Below, in pieces: positions 1 through 14,255 of a stretch of DNA of 64,000 nt. The first letter of the stretch is position 1. Each line of letters begins with the position of its first letter. The position numbers and the translations under genes were made by a program. Source of the DNA: Octopus vulgaris (lineage: Eukaryota); the NCBI GenBank assembly GCA_951406725.2, contig OX597814.1, forward strand, positions 89,342,001 to 89,406,000, read 5' to 3'. A model generated the notes under the pieces. The model saw nothing but the letters and a program-made list of their open reading frames with translations. It was not told the DNA's origin and did not search any database.

Positions 1-883
1 TAAAACAGTAACCACGCAGAGTAAGAGATACACATAGCACATCTGACAGCAACGTAAATGACACTGAGAGTTGTCAAGAACAAACTGGCATATTTGGCAC
101 TGCACACAATACGTCAGTGCCATCTATTGCTAAACTAAATAATGAACTTTCTCATAGTTTGTTTTATTGCTGTTACTTCTTTAATTTTGAATTAAGATCG
201 CTTTCATTTTAGTAAATTTTATAATATGACCTATATCTATCTGAAAGTATAGTTATAATCTTGCACATGCTTTTACCGCAGTAGCAAAATCTTTGTTGTC
301 CAGTGTTATCAATAAGAGCATCTAAGAAATAAATTCATTGAAATATCTCTCCAAAGTAGTTGACAGCTTTTGCTGACAAGGTGACCTAATCAGCAGTGGA
401 AGTAGATGTTCTGACAAAAAGGATTCTCTCTCCAAACTAAGGGAAGACAACTAGTGTGGTCACAGCTCCAGTACTACAGACAGAATATTGCAGGAAAGAA
501 CTGCAAGACAGGTTCTTCAGACTAAGCCAACCAGCAGGAGAAATAGGGCTAGACCAAAAATGAGATACTTAGATAATATCCATAGTCTCAGTTGTTATTG
601 CTTAGGAATTCAGCTGGAAAGTCTAGTGATGGTTGCTTCTGATTTAAACCAATGGAGGAGGTGCCTGAGGATTCTACTCATTACAACCCTCCCAAAAATA
701 GTAAGCTGAGAAGATGGATGGATAGATACATGAAACTTGAAAGTGAAGAGCGATTCTGTATGGTAGCAAATGATGGAGATTGGATGAGAAGGCTGGAAAG
801 TTAGGAAATGAGCTTGCTTACCAGTGTTACAGTCATGTTGTAAAGTTAGGGAGAATGAGCAAATAAAAAAATGTTATGACACA

Positions 884-2003
884 TCATCATCATCATCGTT
901 TAACGTCCGTTTTCCGCGCTAGCACGGGTTGGACGGTTCGACCGGGGTCTGGGAAGCCAGAGGCCACTCCAGGCTCCAGTCTGATCTGGCAGAGTTTCTA
1001 CGGCTGGATGCCCTTCCTAACGCCAACCACACCATGAGTGGAGTGGGTGCTTTTACGTGCCACCTGCACAGGGGCCGGGGGTCCGGCATCGGTCACGATC
1101 GGTTCGAGCTTTTAACGTGCCAGCGGCACGGGGGCAACGGGATCCGGAGTACTTTGGGGATCCGGGGTACTTTGAATGGGTAGGGGGTATGTGGAATTGC
1201 TGCAGAAAGCAGCCCGGGTCTTTGCAGTCACAGCATATCTCCAGAGATCTCGGTCCTTCGCCATTGCCTCAGTGAGGCCCAATGCTCTGAGGTCATGCTT
1301 GACTACTTCATCCCATGTCTTCCTGGGTCTACCTCTCCCCCTGATACCTTCAACTGTTTGGGAGTGGCACTTCTTCACACATCTCTCTTCATCCATCCGC
1401 AGCACATGACCATACCATCGCAAGCGTCGCTCTTGCACTCCACATCTGATGCTTCTTATATCCAGCATTTCTCTCAGGATGCTTACACTCTGTCTTGCGT
1501 GCACACTGACACTACACATCCAGCGGATCATGCTAGCTTCATTTCTTTCAAGTCTACGCATGTCCTCTGCAGTCACAGCCCATGTTTCATTACCGTGAAG
1601 CATGGCAGTTCGCACACATGCATCATACAGTCTACCTTTCGCTCTGAGGGAGAGACCTTTTGTTGCCAGTAGGAGTAGGGGCTTTCTGAACTTTGCCCAG
1701 GCTATTCGTATTCTAGTGGTGATACTCTCTGTGCATCCACCTCCGCTACTAACTTGGTCACTCAGGTAGCGGAAACTATCAACTACTTCTAGTTTCTCTC
1801 CCTGGAGTGTGATGGAATCTGTTTTCTGAGTGTCTGTTGTGTCTATTGTCCCTGTGCATCTGCCGCACATGAAAGCTATCTTATCTGTTAATCTCCCTTT
1901 AATGTTGCTGCACCTCTTATGTGTCCATAAGAGGTGCAGCAACATTAAAGGGAAATTAACAGATAAGATAGCTTTCATGTGCAGCAGATGCACAGGGACA
2001 ATA
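884..2003 (-). mobile_element. 5'-truncated RTE-clade LINE (RT C-terminus and 3' UTR with (CAT)n tail)
   Basis: ORF 1112-2110 contains [49 protein letters not shown] and GRGRPRKTW; (CAT)n tail at 884-897. Confidence 0.9.
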
Positions 2004-2817
2004 TATGAAATAATTTCAAATTCATAAAATATCTTTATTTTGAATTTAAAATTACTAAAATGAGAAAGAGAGAGAGAAGCATTTTCATGGTTGGCCATGA
2101 ACAAGGGCATTTAGTCTGAGAGTTGATCTTCTCTCTAGAGGAAGTGATGGGTTAAGAAGGTTCTTCTAAAGTTTAGGTCATGTGATGAAAAGCAATAAAA
2201 TATGAGATTTGACTATTATAACACAAATAAACTACAGAATTAAAATACTGTTGAAAGGTTTGTGCTTTTGAAAATATGCTTAAAAGGAGCAGTTGTTCTT
2301 TTGCACTAATGGTTACAGTAATGGCTTCACCAGATCTGTGATATTTGAGTGAATGAACAATAGAGTACAAAAGAGCTGAGAGAAAAAATATGGATATAAG
2401 AGTAATAGGTTGTGTACAACAGAGAAGACTGCACACGTATGGGCATATGTGACATGGCAGTTGGATAAATAAGTGCCAAGTAATCCTAGTGAAGAAACCT
2501 GTAGAAGAGGTATCAATAGAAAGATATAGGTAGAAGTGGTGAAGGTTGATCTCAGAATGTTGAACTGCAAAAGGAGAGACCTTGGTACAAGCATGATACT
2601 GTGCTGGTGAAGACACCATTAACTCATGTAAGCATGCAAAAATAGGCATAAATTATACTGATAATCACATACACACATGCATATGTGTGTGTGTGTGTGT
2701 GTGTGTGAATGCACATATACGCATGTGTGTGTGTATGCATGTATACCTTTTGTTTTCTTTGAGTTGTTCCAACATACTGAAAAACAGACAGAATATCAAG
2801 AAAAACTGTCTACTCAC

Positions 2818-4797
2818 TGAGAATTGTATTTTCTGCTGTGAGCTCTTCCTTGACTCGGTCAAGTTCATTTTGAAGACTGCTCACTTGTTTCTCAAATTGC
2901 TCTTTCTCAATTTGCTTGGTCAGCTGCAAACCACTGTAGTTCTCAGAAAGATCAGACAACTCTTCACCTATAAAGTAAAAATACATTTAAAAAAAAAACC
3001 TTTAAAATGAACACTTAACTTGTTAGAAATAGCAGCCTCAAGTTACACCCAGCTAAGGAGGACACTTTGCATAATGTAAGCTGGAATGTTTTTCATCATA
3101 GGTCTAACATGAGGCTAACAACATATATTTACAAAGAGTCTAGTTCTCACTATAGTTTTCCTATTTCTACAATGTTCTTAGGAACTCAAACAGTTATTTC
3201 ATATAAAACATTAACTTGTGAGGTTTATCAATCTCTTTATATTAAAATATGTTTAATGAGTATAAAATAATAGTCTCTGCTCAAAATGGTAAGACCCTAG
3301 TTTAAAAAAATTGATAAAGGAAATTTCATAACCAAACCAAGGTGTCATGTAAAAAGTACTGGTGATGGTGTCAAATAAAAAGCACTCAATACACCCTGTA
3401 AAGCAGTTAGCATTAGGAAGGACATCCAGCTATAGAAACCAAGCCAAAACAGATTATGGAATCTGGTGCAGCTCCTGACCTTGCCAGTCAGTTCCTGTCA
3501 AGCAGTCCAACCCATGCCAGCATGGAAAACAAACATTAAATGTTGATGATGATGATGATGAATGGTATCTAACCTCGTTAATAGAAAATGATTTTAAGTT
3601 ACTTTGAACAACATATGCCTGTAGAATGGATCCTGTGCTAAATATGTGAGGTAAAGGTTAAATCAACAGACCTTAACCATAGCACTACACTGAAGTGCTA
3701 CTGACAAAAGGGACATTCAAGAAAAGATTTTACTATCATACTTTTTCTTTCAAGAACATATATACACACAAAATTCAATAAGTACTCAAGTTACATTTCA
3801 TGTTTTAAAATGTTGCAAACTATAAAATTAACTGTATGATTGTTGAATACAAAAGCGAGGACTTCAAGATATAGTGCACTGTTTCAAGTAGTCTTGTCTA
3901 ACCAAATCAAATATAAAAAGCAATCAGGATGACAATGACAATAATGATATGTGTGTATATATCTGTGTATGTGTGCGCGCGTGCATGCGTGTGTGTGTGT
4001 GTGTGTGTGTGAATTTGGAAAATGGTGATTAGTGATGTGGATGTACTTGAGAGAAGTGGTAGTAGGAGTGTAGAATTGATGATTCTGCAAAGTGGTTTGA
4101 GGTGGGGTGGACATCTGGTGAGAATGAATGATGAAAGATTTTCTAAACAACTTTTGTATGGTAAGCTGGAAGATAGTAGGAAGCCAGCACATAAACCCAA
4201 AATGAGGTTCAAGAACTGCCTCAGGATTGCTCTGACACAGACAGGAGTTTCAGCTGTTGATTGGGAGAAGGAGGCACAAGACTAAAATGGATGGATGAAA
4301 AGAGTGCCCAGTGGTTGTTCGAAGTTTGAAAGCAAGAGAATGAAGCACAAGAAGATCAAGAGAAGGCTTAGAAAAATGAACCTGTGGAAAATGAGGGAGC
4401 ATTGCTTTTCATGTGTGTGATTTGTGGGAGGAAACACTTGAGTCATGTAGGCCTGATCAGCTATCAGAGAACTCACAGGAATCAACCCCTTGTGAATTGT
4501 GATGTAGCTATTGATCACAACAGAACATGAGCAACCTGTGGAAAGGTGTGCCTTTTAGTTGGAGGACTGAGAAGGCATGTCAAAAGAACTCATACTGTGG
4601 TACCTGTTTCCTCTGCCAGCCAGAACAGCTGTGCATTATGCAACAGAATGCGCAAATCTTTAGCTGAGCTCAAGAGTCATATAAGGGCCTCACATTGCAT
4701 CATCAATTACTCATTTCAATGATTCTTTCTAGCAATGGCTTTGCTCATATACGAGAAAGCAGCTACCATATATATCTGTGTGCATGTGTATGTGTGA

Positions 4798-4857
<60 letters not shown>

Positions 4858-7800
4858 ATATATCTTGGACTTTTTCCTTCTCCAGACACTTCCTTTCGCC
4901 TCTTTCTGATGAAGAGCTATGCTTGGAATGTTTAAACACCTACTCTTTTTCCACCTTTACTGAATGTCAAGCTAATACATTCCATGCACTTGATAAGACA
5001 TGTCAAGCTAAGTAAAATCATTGTCTTCCAGACATACAGGCTCGTCCTTTCAAGTGTTGGTGCCACTTAAAAAGCACCTGTGTCAGTACTGTGTAAACGC
5101 ACCCATGCTGGTACTGTGTAAACACAACCATGCCAGTGCTGTGTAAATACACTTATGCTGGTAGCACATAAAAAGCACCCTCCTTTAACGTCCCTTTTCA
5201 ATGCTTGCATGGATTGGACAGTTTGACCAGAGCTGGCAAGTCGGAGAGCTGCAGGTTCCAGTCTGATTTAGCTTAGTTTCCTTGACTGGATGCCCTTCCT
5301 AATGCCACACACAAAACACACACACACACACACACACACATTCACACACACACATACATTCAGTTACCTTTTAGCTTTAACTGTTGTTTCCAGTATGCAA
5401 TAATTTCTCTTTTATCACTGTCCATTTGAACATATTTGTCATGGAAGTTGCCATTTGAAATTTCAAGTTCATCACACCGTTTTTGGTACCTGAAAAATTA
5501 TGTATGAATAAGAGTTAATCATCATCAACCTTCATTCAACATCACCACCACCACCATCACTACCATCACAACCACCACCACTATCACAATTACTAACTCT
5601 ATCACCATCCCTATCACCATCACCATCATCATCATCACTTTACACTGATTTTTATGTTTTTAAAATTTTCACCTGGGTTGGACAAGTCTTTTCCAGTCCA
5701 GCTTCACATCATTTATTATGATCACTTGTCATTTACTTTCCTAAACTCTAAGTAAATGGTTCAGCATTCTGAGATTTTGGAATAGATAACAATAAGATCA
5801 CTGAATAAAGACTATATAATTATATATATACGTGATCTGATCAATAAGTATCTGGATTGTTGCCATAGTAATGAAGCTACAGCACACAGAGTGAAGCCAC
5901 TTGGCACAGATTGACCTTGAACTCTGCTGTGCATGTGTACTAAGTCTTAATGTACTAGCTCAATTCTGCTGTTTACAGCAGTACTTGAAAGGAAGGTGTG
6001 TAGCATGTAATCATCACATTGACCATGACAGAGAAAGTTGAGCAGAGAATCTGCATCAAATTTTGCCAAAAGCTTGGTGATACCTGCTCAGAGGCCTACG
6101 CAAAGTTTTCAAAAAGTTTTCATTGTTCTTGACAAAATCAAGATCTTGTGCAACTGAACCCCGAGTGTCCTTTTGGTCAGCTAAAAGCAGTTTTAGCACA
6201 AACTTAGCAGACATGCATCTCATACCCAAATCTTTGGTGAACTATAACTAATTTGCATATCCTCTGATAGCTCAAAGATGGTGATTCAATGATTTCTCCT
6301 CACTGCTTCACGCACGTCTGTGATGTTTTTTTTTCAATTCTGTTGGTTGCGGGTCTTCTAGAACGTTCATCACTATTGACATTTTTTTGGCCATCTTAGA
6401 AATGTCTGAACCACTCATACACTTGTGTGCAGTTCATACACTCCTCTCTGTACACTTTTTGCAACTTTGTGTAGGACTCTATTCAGGTATCACCATGACA
6501 ACTTTCTCTGTCATGGTCAATGTGATGATCCCACACTACACCCCTTCCTTCTAAGCACTGCAATAGACAGAGGAAGTAAGCTAGAATGTTAAAACTTAGT
6601 ATATGTGCACAGCAGAGTTCAGAGTCAATCTTTACCAAGTGGCTTCACTCTGCATGCTTTAGCTTCATTACTATAGTGACAGTCCAGATACTTATTGATC
6701 AGACCTCATATACATACATGCATGAATGCATGCATGCATACATACATACATACATACATACATACATACATACATACATACATACATACGTACAAACATA
6801 CATACATACATACATACATACATACATACATACATACATACATACATGCATGCATGTATGCATATTAGGGTGTCCTGTTTTCAGGGTCAAAATTTTTTCT
6901 GACTGCACCATTGTCTTGTGTGGTGCCAGTGAATGAAAAAAATGAGGTATACAAAATGGCAGGGCTCTAAAACCATCTTCATAACTACACAAGCCTCTCT
7001 GGAAATTGAAAAAATGGTCAAAATTGGCTATATTTATTGTGCTTGTGTAATGAATGTCAAGGGGAAATGTATCTGTTTAATATTTGTTTCATAAGCCTCA
7101 TATGGATCTAAATTATGTTAGAAAATAAGGTGCAAGTGCATAATTTATTTTTAATGATTTTATAACAAACACTGTAACATAGTTGGTACAAGTTTTTTTA
7201 ATTGTAAATCAACCTTCCAAGATACATTTTTGAATATATCTTTAAAGTATATAATACAAGTTGTTATATTAAAAGAATCCTCAGTACATACCTATTCAGC
7301 TGATTTTTAACAGGAAATACGACTAGATATTTATTGTTCACTTAGCGCTTAAGCACGAGAAACCCTGCTGAAATATTTGAAATACATTTAACTGCCATTC
7401 CAAACCATCCAGGAGGTGCAGTTCAGACTCCTTACCCTTTTGTTTATGTGGAGGGTTCCCTTGTTCTTTCCTATTCATGGTTTTCAACATCTAGTAGATT
7501 TTAAGACTTTTAGTCAACCATGTAACTTTGTGCTTGTTATCAAGTCATTAGAAATGAGTTTTACACTTGCACCATAATTTTCTAGCATATCCAGCTGTAG
7601 AAACTCTGCCAGATCAAGACTGAAGCCTGGTGCAGCCATCTGGTTCGCCAGCCCTCAGTCATTCGTCCAACCCATGCTAGCATGGAAAGCGGACGTTAAA
7701 CGATGATGAATTTAGATCCACATGAGACTTGTGAAACAAACATTAAACAGGTACCTTCTGATTTTACACTACACAAGCACAATAAAAATGGTCAATTTTG

Positions 7801-8662
7801 ATCATCTTTTCAACTTCAGAGCTCTTGTGTAGTCACAAAAACGGTTTTAGAGCCCTGTCACTTTGTATATAATTCATTTTTTCATCCACTGGCACCACAC
7901 AAGACAATGGTGCAGTCAGAAAAAAATTTGACCCTGAAAACGGGACCCCTAATGCACACATATATGTAGGGGTTAGATATAATTTTTGATAGAGATATAT
8001 CATTTTGTGTTATACACACATACACAAATACACATATATCACTGTATTGCTGTATCAACCATACTGTCAGATGTTAACACTGCAAGTCACAATGTGCTTC
8101 CTCATGTTGTAGCTTTTGGATGATGCTTTCCCACAAGCTAAACAAGCAGGCCAACATTGCTCCTGAACAGAATGCCATTCTATCGTAGTGTTGGTTACCC
8201 ATTTACAGCTGAATGGACTGGAGCAATGTGAAATGGAATGTTTTGCTTAAGAACAAAATGCGCTGCTGGTCTAGGAATCAAAACAGAAGTCTTGCAATAA
8301 TGAATGCAGCACACTAACCACTAGGCCATATGCTTTCACATATATATGTATATAAAGGTTAAAGACCCTCTATGGTCACAAATGACCATGAGATTGCACC
8401 CAGAAAGTTCCCCTCCAAGGTACAAGTCCAGGCAATGTTGTTTGTGGATGACCAGCAGTTGCCCATGGATACCAGCCTCTCCTCTCCATGCCACTGATGT
8501 TATCCATGGGAAAAGTAAATGCCAATACAGCTGAGTGAACTGAATTGACATGAAATAAAGTGTCTTGCTTAAGAACACAACACACAGCCCAGTCCAGGAA
8601 TTGAACTTACTACCTCATTATTGTGAGCCTGATGCTCTAACCACTGAGCCATGCACCTTCAC

Positions 8663-8735
<73 letters not shown>

Positions 8736-8744
8736 TATATATAA

Positions 8745-8781
<37 letters not shown>

Positions 8782-8790
8782 CACATATAT

Positions 8791-8852
<62 letters not shown>

Positions 8853-9019
8853 GGATGAACGAATTATCCTTTGTTTACAGTTAACATGGAAAATTCAATA
8901 AACAGTTACCAGGGTAGCAAAATTCACGCAAGTAACAAGGATGTAGCAACCTCTTCAAAGGTAGAAACTCTGAGTTAATGTGCAGTAATTTGTATAGTAT
9001 AAGTATTTACTTATATATA

Positions 9020-9054
<35 letters not shown>

Positions 9055-9467
9055 ATGTAAAAATACATATATATGTAAATACATGTGTGCGTGTGAATGT
9101 GTGCATGTGTGTGTGTGCATGCGTGCGTCCGTGGAACTCATAGGTATAATGTTTTTGATGGTAAATGTGCTCCAATCATGACTGACCTGGAGTTAAACAA
9201 CTCCTATTGTGAAAATTCAGAGAGCATGAAAAAATAATGAAACATAGATGATGAAGCTAACAATCTGATCAATATTTACTTCTTCACTTCTCTCATGCTA
9301 TGCTTTAGCGATGTTATGCACAGGACTTGTTAATTAACAACAGTTGCTATGCAGTTAATCAATAGACACCCCTGTTAGATTTCTAACAGCTATGTGTGTG
9401 CCATGGTGCTGCATGGTTCAGTGGTTAAAATGTCTGCTAACCTTAGAAATCATGTATGTAATTATAA

Positions 9468-9536
<69 letters not shown>

Positions 9537-12500
9537 CCTTTCTACTATAGGCAAAAAGCCTGAAATTTGTGGGAGGGGACTAGCTGTTTATATCGACCCT
9601 GGTACTCAACTGGTACTTAATTTATCAACCTCGAAAGGATGAAAGGCCAAGTTGACCTTGACAGAATTTGAATTCAGAACATGAAGACAGACGAAATACT
9701 GCTAAGTATTTCTCCTGGTGTGTTAATGATTCTGCTAGCTTGCTGCTTTGGACAATAATAATAATAATAATAATAATAATAGAGACCATAATAGATAAAA
9801 TTCAAAAATAAAAGACTTATCACTACTTTGTGAATTAGAGAAAATGGGATCAAATATGAAAAGCTAAAAAAAGGCCCATATAACAAAACAATACAACATA
9901 AAAACATAGAAAATAAAGAAGCTACCTTGGAGGCAAAAGAAAAATTTAAACAGGGCACAGCAGCAAAAACTTGCCACATAAAATAGTATGAAAAACAGGA
10001 ATGCTTCTTCCAACAAAATAGAGAATTCAAAAATAAACACAAAAAGTTTTTATAGAAAGTTAAACAAAAAAAAAATTATATCAGTAGATGCCATGCCAAC
10101 AACATCAGTGACTCAGTCATACTGGGAAGCAATATGGAGCAAACCAAAAAAAAAAAAAAACACAACAAAAATGTTCAGTGAATTAGTAGGGAAAAGGAAA
10201 GGAAGAACACAATAGAATTACAGATATGGCCCACCATCACAGGCCAAGAGATCACAGACACACTGAGGAGTACCAGCAACTGGAAAAGACAAGGTCCTCA
10301 ACTTCTGGTTGAAATACCTCACCAGTACCCATAATCACTTAGCAGCAGTGTTCAATTTATTGATAAGTGAGCCAGAATCAACACCAAACTGGATGCTGGA
10401 AGAGCAAACCACCATAATTCCTAAAAACAAAGACACCATACACCCACAGAATTACAGACTAATAACATGCCTATCAACATCCTACAAAACCCTAACATCA
10501 GTCACCTATAATCGGCTTATAAAGTACCTAGAAAACAACAATGTCTTACCAGAAGAACAAAAATGGTGCTGGAGAGGGATGTATGGCAATTATAGAGAAC
10601 TGTAAGAGGAAAAAGACAAACCTAAACATGACTTGGATTGATTACTGGAATCTCTCCACACAAATAAGGTAGCCTCACCACTACTTAAATATATTAAACA
10701 TGCAATGGCAAACTGGAAAACCAGTATAACATTAAAAAAATGACTCACAAGTTATTAAAACTTACCCTGTACTCATAAGAAGAGGGATTTTCCAAGGAGA
10801 CTCACTGTCACCCCTGCTTTTCAGCCTTTCTCTGACTCCACAAACAAACTTGTTAAATGAAACCATCATGGGTTATAAGTGCTACAGACAAAAAAATAAA
10901 CCATCTCCTGTACATGGATGACCTAAAACTTTTCGCTAAAAGCACCATGGGACAGAAAAACCTTAACAAAATTGTTCAGAGTTTCAACAATGACATTGGA
11001 ATGAGCATGGGACTGGACAAATGTGCCAGAGTCACACTGAGAAGAGGCAAATTATTCAGCACTGAAAACACTGCACTCAGCAGAAATTAGAGAATTAGAC
11101 CACAACTGCCCATACAAGTATCTAGGGATAAAAGAAACAGCTAAAATACAACACACAGAAATGAAAGAGAAAAATTATGAGAGAGTGTTACAGAAGAGTT
11201 ATACTAATATTAAACACTGAACTTAATGCTAAAAACAAGGTAATAGGGATATACATGCTAGCCATACCAGTCATAAATTACAGCTTTAACATAATAAACT
11301 GGAAGATTAGTGAATTGAGAAAGCTAGATAGAAAACCTCAGAAAACTACTAACAGCATGCCAAAGTCACCACCCCAAAACAGACACAGACAAAATATATC
11401 TACCCAGCTCAGAAGGAGGCTGTGGCCTGATACAGATAGAAAACTATTATAAAATAACAACAGTTGGAATAGCAAAATACTCAGAAACAAAGAGTGGAAG
11501 ACTACTGCATATAATAAAGCAACATGAGAAAAAGAAAACGCTTTTCTCTAGACACAAGGAGGCGACAAAATACAAAACAGAAGCAAACTACACTGACCTC
11601 AGATGACAACATAGCAGAAATGGTTAGCGATACAAAGACAACATGAAAAACTTGAATTGCAAAAGATACTGAAAAAGAAATGGAGAGAAAAATCACTCCA
11701 TGGCCAATACCCTGTAAGGCTTGACAGAGAGGGAGTGAGCCTAAGTAAAAGCCAACAATGGCTTAAAAGCTTTGGACTAAAAGCCAAAACGGAAGGACTG
11801 ATTTTCGCAGCACAAGACCAATGCCTGACTACAAACAATTATAAAAACAAAATAATGAAAACAGGCCATCACTAAAGCATAGCATGAGAGAAGTGAAGAA
11901 GTAAATATTGATCAGATTGTTAGCTTCATCGTCTATGTTTCATTATTTTTTCATGTTCCCTGAATTTTCACAATAGGAGTTGTTGTTGTTTAACTCCAGG
12001 TCAGTCATAATTGGAGCACATATCTGAATATGTATACAAGACATGACAAAGTAAGCAGTTATATCCACTGAACAATATGCCAACATTATATATAACATCA
12101 AAACTGACAGCAGGTGGTTTAAGCATGTGCTAAGAAAGGTATAAGACAACGATCAGGCCACAATCCTCTGGGATATGTCTATTCAAACTGACAAAGAAAT
12201 AAAAGATAATCGCTCAGACACAATAGTCAAGGGGAAAAACATCTGCTTACTGATAGGCATTGTAGTCCTTTCTGATCAAAATATTGTCAAAAAAGAAGTG
12301 GAGAAATTGTTGAAGTACAAAGACCTCAAAATTGATGTAATCAAAATGTAGGGCATGAAGGTAAAAACAATACCAATAATAATTGGAGCATTGGGCATGA
12401 TAAAAAATCATATGAACAAAAATGTAGAAGCTATATACCTGGATCCTCAATACTACACACTGTTGAAAAAATAACCCTGAAAGGAACAGCCTACATCCTA

Positions 12501-12840
12501 CACAAGACGCTATCAATCCAATAATACAACCTAAATAAAACAACCCACAAATACAAGACACACACTATACATCATTTACCCAGTGAAATAAACTCCTATC
12601 AGCAAGCTAGAAAACCAAAGCATTACACACACAATACAAGCAGTAACACAATAAAAGACAGCATCACACCTCAAGGAAAAAAAAGCTAACACAATACAGT
12701 ACTGGGAAGAGTTCACACACTCCAAACAGCAGAAAAGAATACACAATGCTGCACACATATCAGCAACACAGAGGTGCAGCGGTGATGCAGTAGAAATTTG
12801 TCTCAATCTACAAAATATTGAACAGTTATATGATAATAAT

Positions 12841-12877
<37 letters not shown>

Positions 12878-14206
12878 TTATTGGGGGAACATCAAAGCCA
12901 TGTGTTTAGAGGGATTCTTTGGGGCTTGAATAATTCACCCCTGGAAGCATCATCCTTACACAACCCTTATACAGAGACCTTTTGAGCAGGATGGGCTACT
13001 CAACCTGAAGAAAATTCTCATATGATGTTTATCTTGATATAAAGTCATCATGTTGCACACATATGACTATGATGCATGTGCCTGATGTACCCTCATCAGA
13101 TGGCTAGTCATGATGGGTAAATTGAGCTTTGTGCTCCACTTTGATAATGTGTGCTGCTCTCTCACTCAACAACAACAGTCACTGCCACTGCCATGACCAT
13201 CACCATTTTAATGTCAACTTTTCAATGCCTGTATGAATTAGGCAGAATGTGTTAAGGTGAATTTTTTTTTTTCATGGCTAGATGTCCTTCCTGTCACCAA
13301 CCCCTCACCTGTTTCCGAGTGAGGTACTATTTCCTTATGATCAGACATGGGGGAAATACAGGGTGTCCCAAAAGTCCCTGGTGGGTTTCAATTTTTAATA
13401 ACCTCCTTAACTTTACAAATAAATGCATGAAATATTTTGATACAATATAAAGGATATAATGGAAATTAATATGCACAAATCAAATTTTGCAACACTGCAT
13501 CACATATGAAAAATGACATCACTTAAATGGCAGCCATTTTTGGCTTTGTATGCCCGTGCTCTTTCCAAAACTTGCACCATAACAACATCAAGAGTTTCAG
13601 ACCCCACTTCTCTGATTTCTCTATTGATATTCTCCTTCAGTTGCATTAGGGTTTCCAGTTTGTTGATGTAAACCCTCTCTTTCAGGTATCCCCACAAGGA
13701 AAAAAAAAATCCAGGCTAGTCAAGACTGGGGAATGTGAAAGCCAGTTGACATTTCCATAGCAGGAGATTATTCTCTCTCCAAAGCATTACCATAGCAATT
13801 GCATTGTTTCACTTACAGTATGAGCAGTTTCCCCATCTTGCTGGAACCATGTGTGAGGTCTACATTGAATGGCCAGGCACAAAAAGGTCTTAGTCATGGA
13901 TAACTGCAAGAGAGGGTTTATGTCAACAAACCAGAGACCCTGATGCAACTGAAGGAGACATCAATGTAGTGGTGTTGCAAAATTTGACTTGTGCATATTA
14001 ATTTCCATTATGTCCATTACATTGAAACCCATCAGTGATTTTTGGGACACCCTGTATTTCACAAAAGACTGAAAACAAGAGACATCACTTGCATGATGGT
14101 GACATTTATTTACAATTATCATGTGATATTAAGGCAAAGAGATAGTAAAACACACCCACACATATACATATATATTCGCACATACACTCACACACACATA
14201 TAAATG

Positions 14207-14255
<49 letters not shown>

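Noticed and set aside
1-880. CFAP157 exon 4
   Set aside because: No minus-strand segment resembling GKLAALEEFR was found; it probably lies outside the window.
1112-2110. 332-aa ORF as a host gene
   Set aside because: It is an RTE reverse-transcriptase C-terminus extended by a fold-back duplication and flanking DNA.
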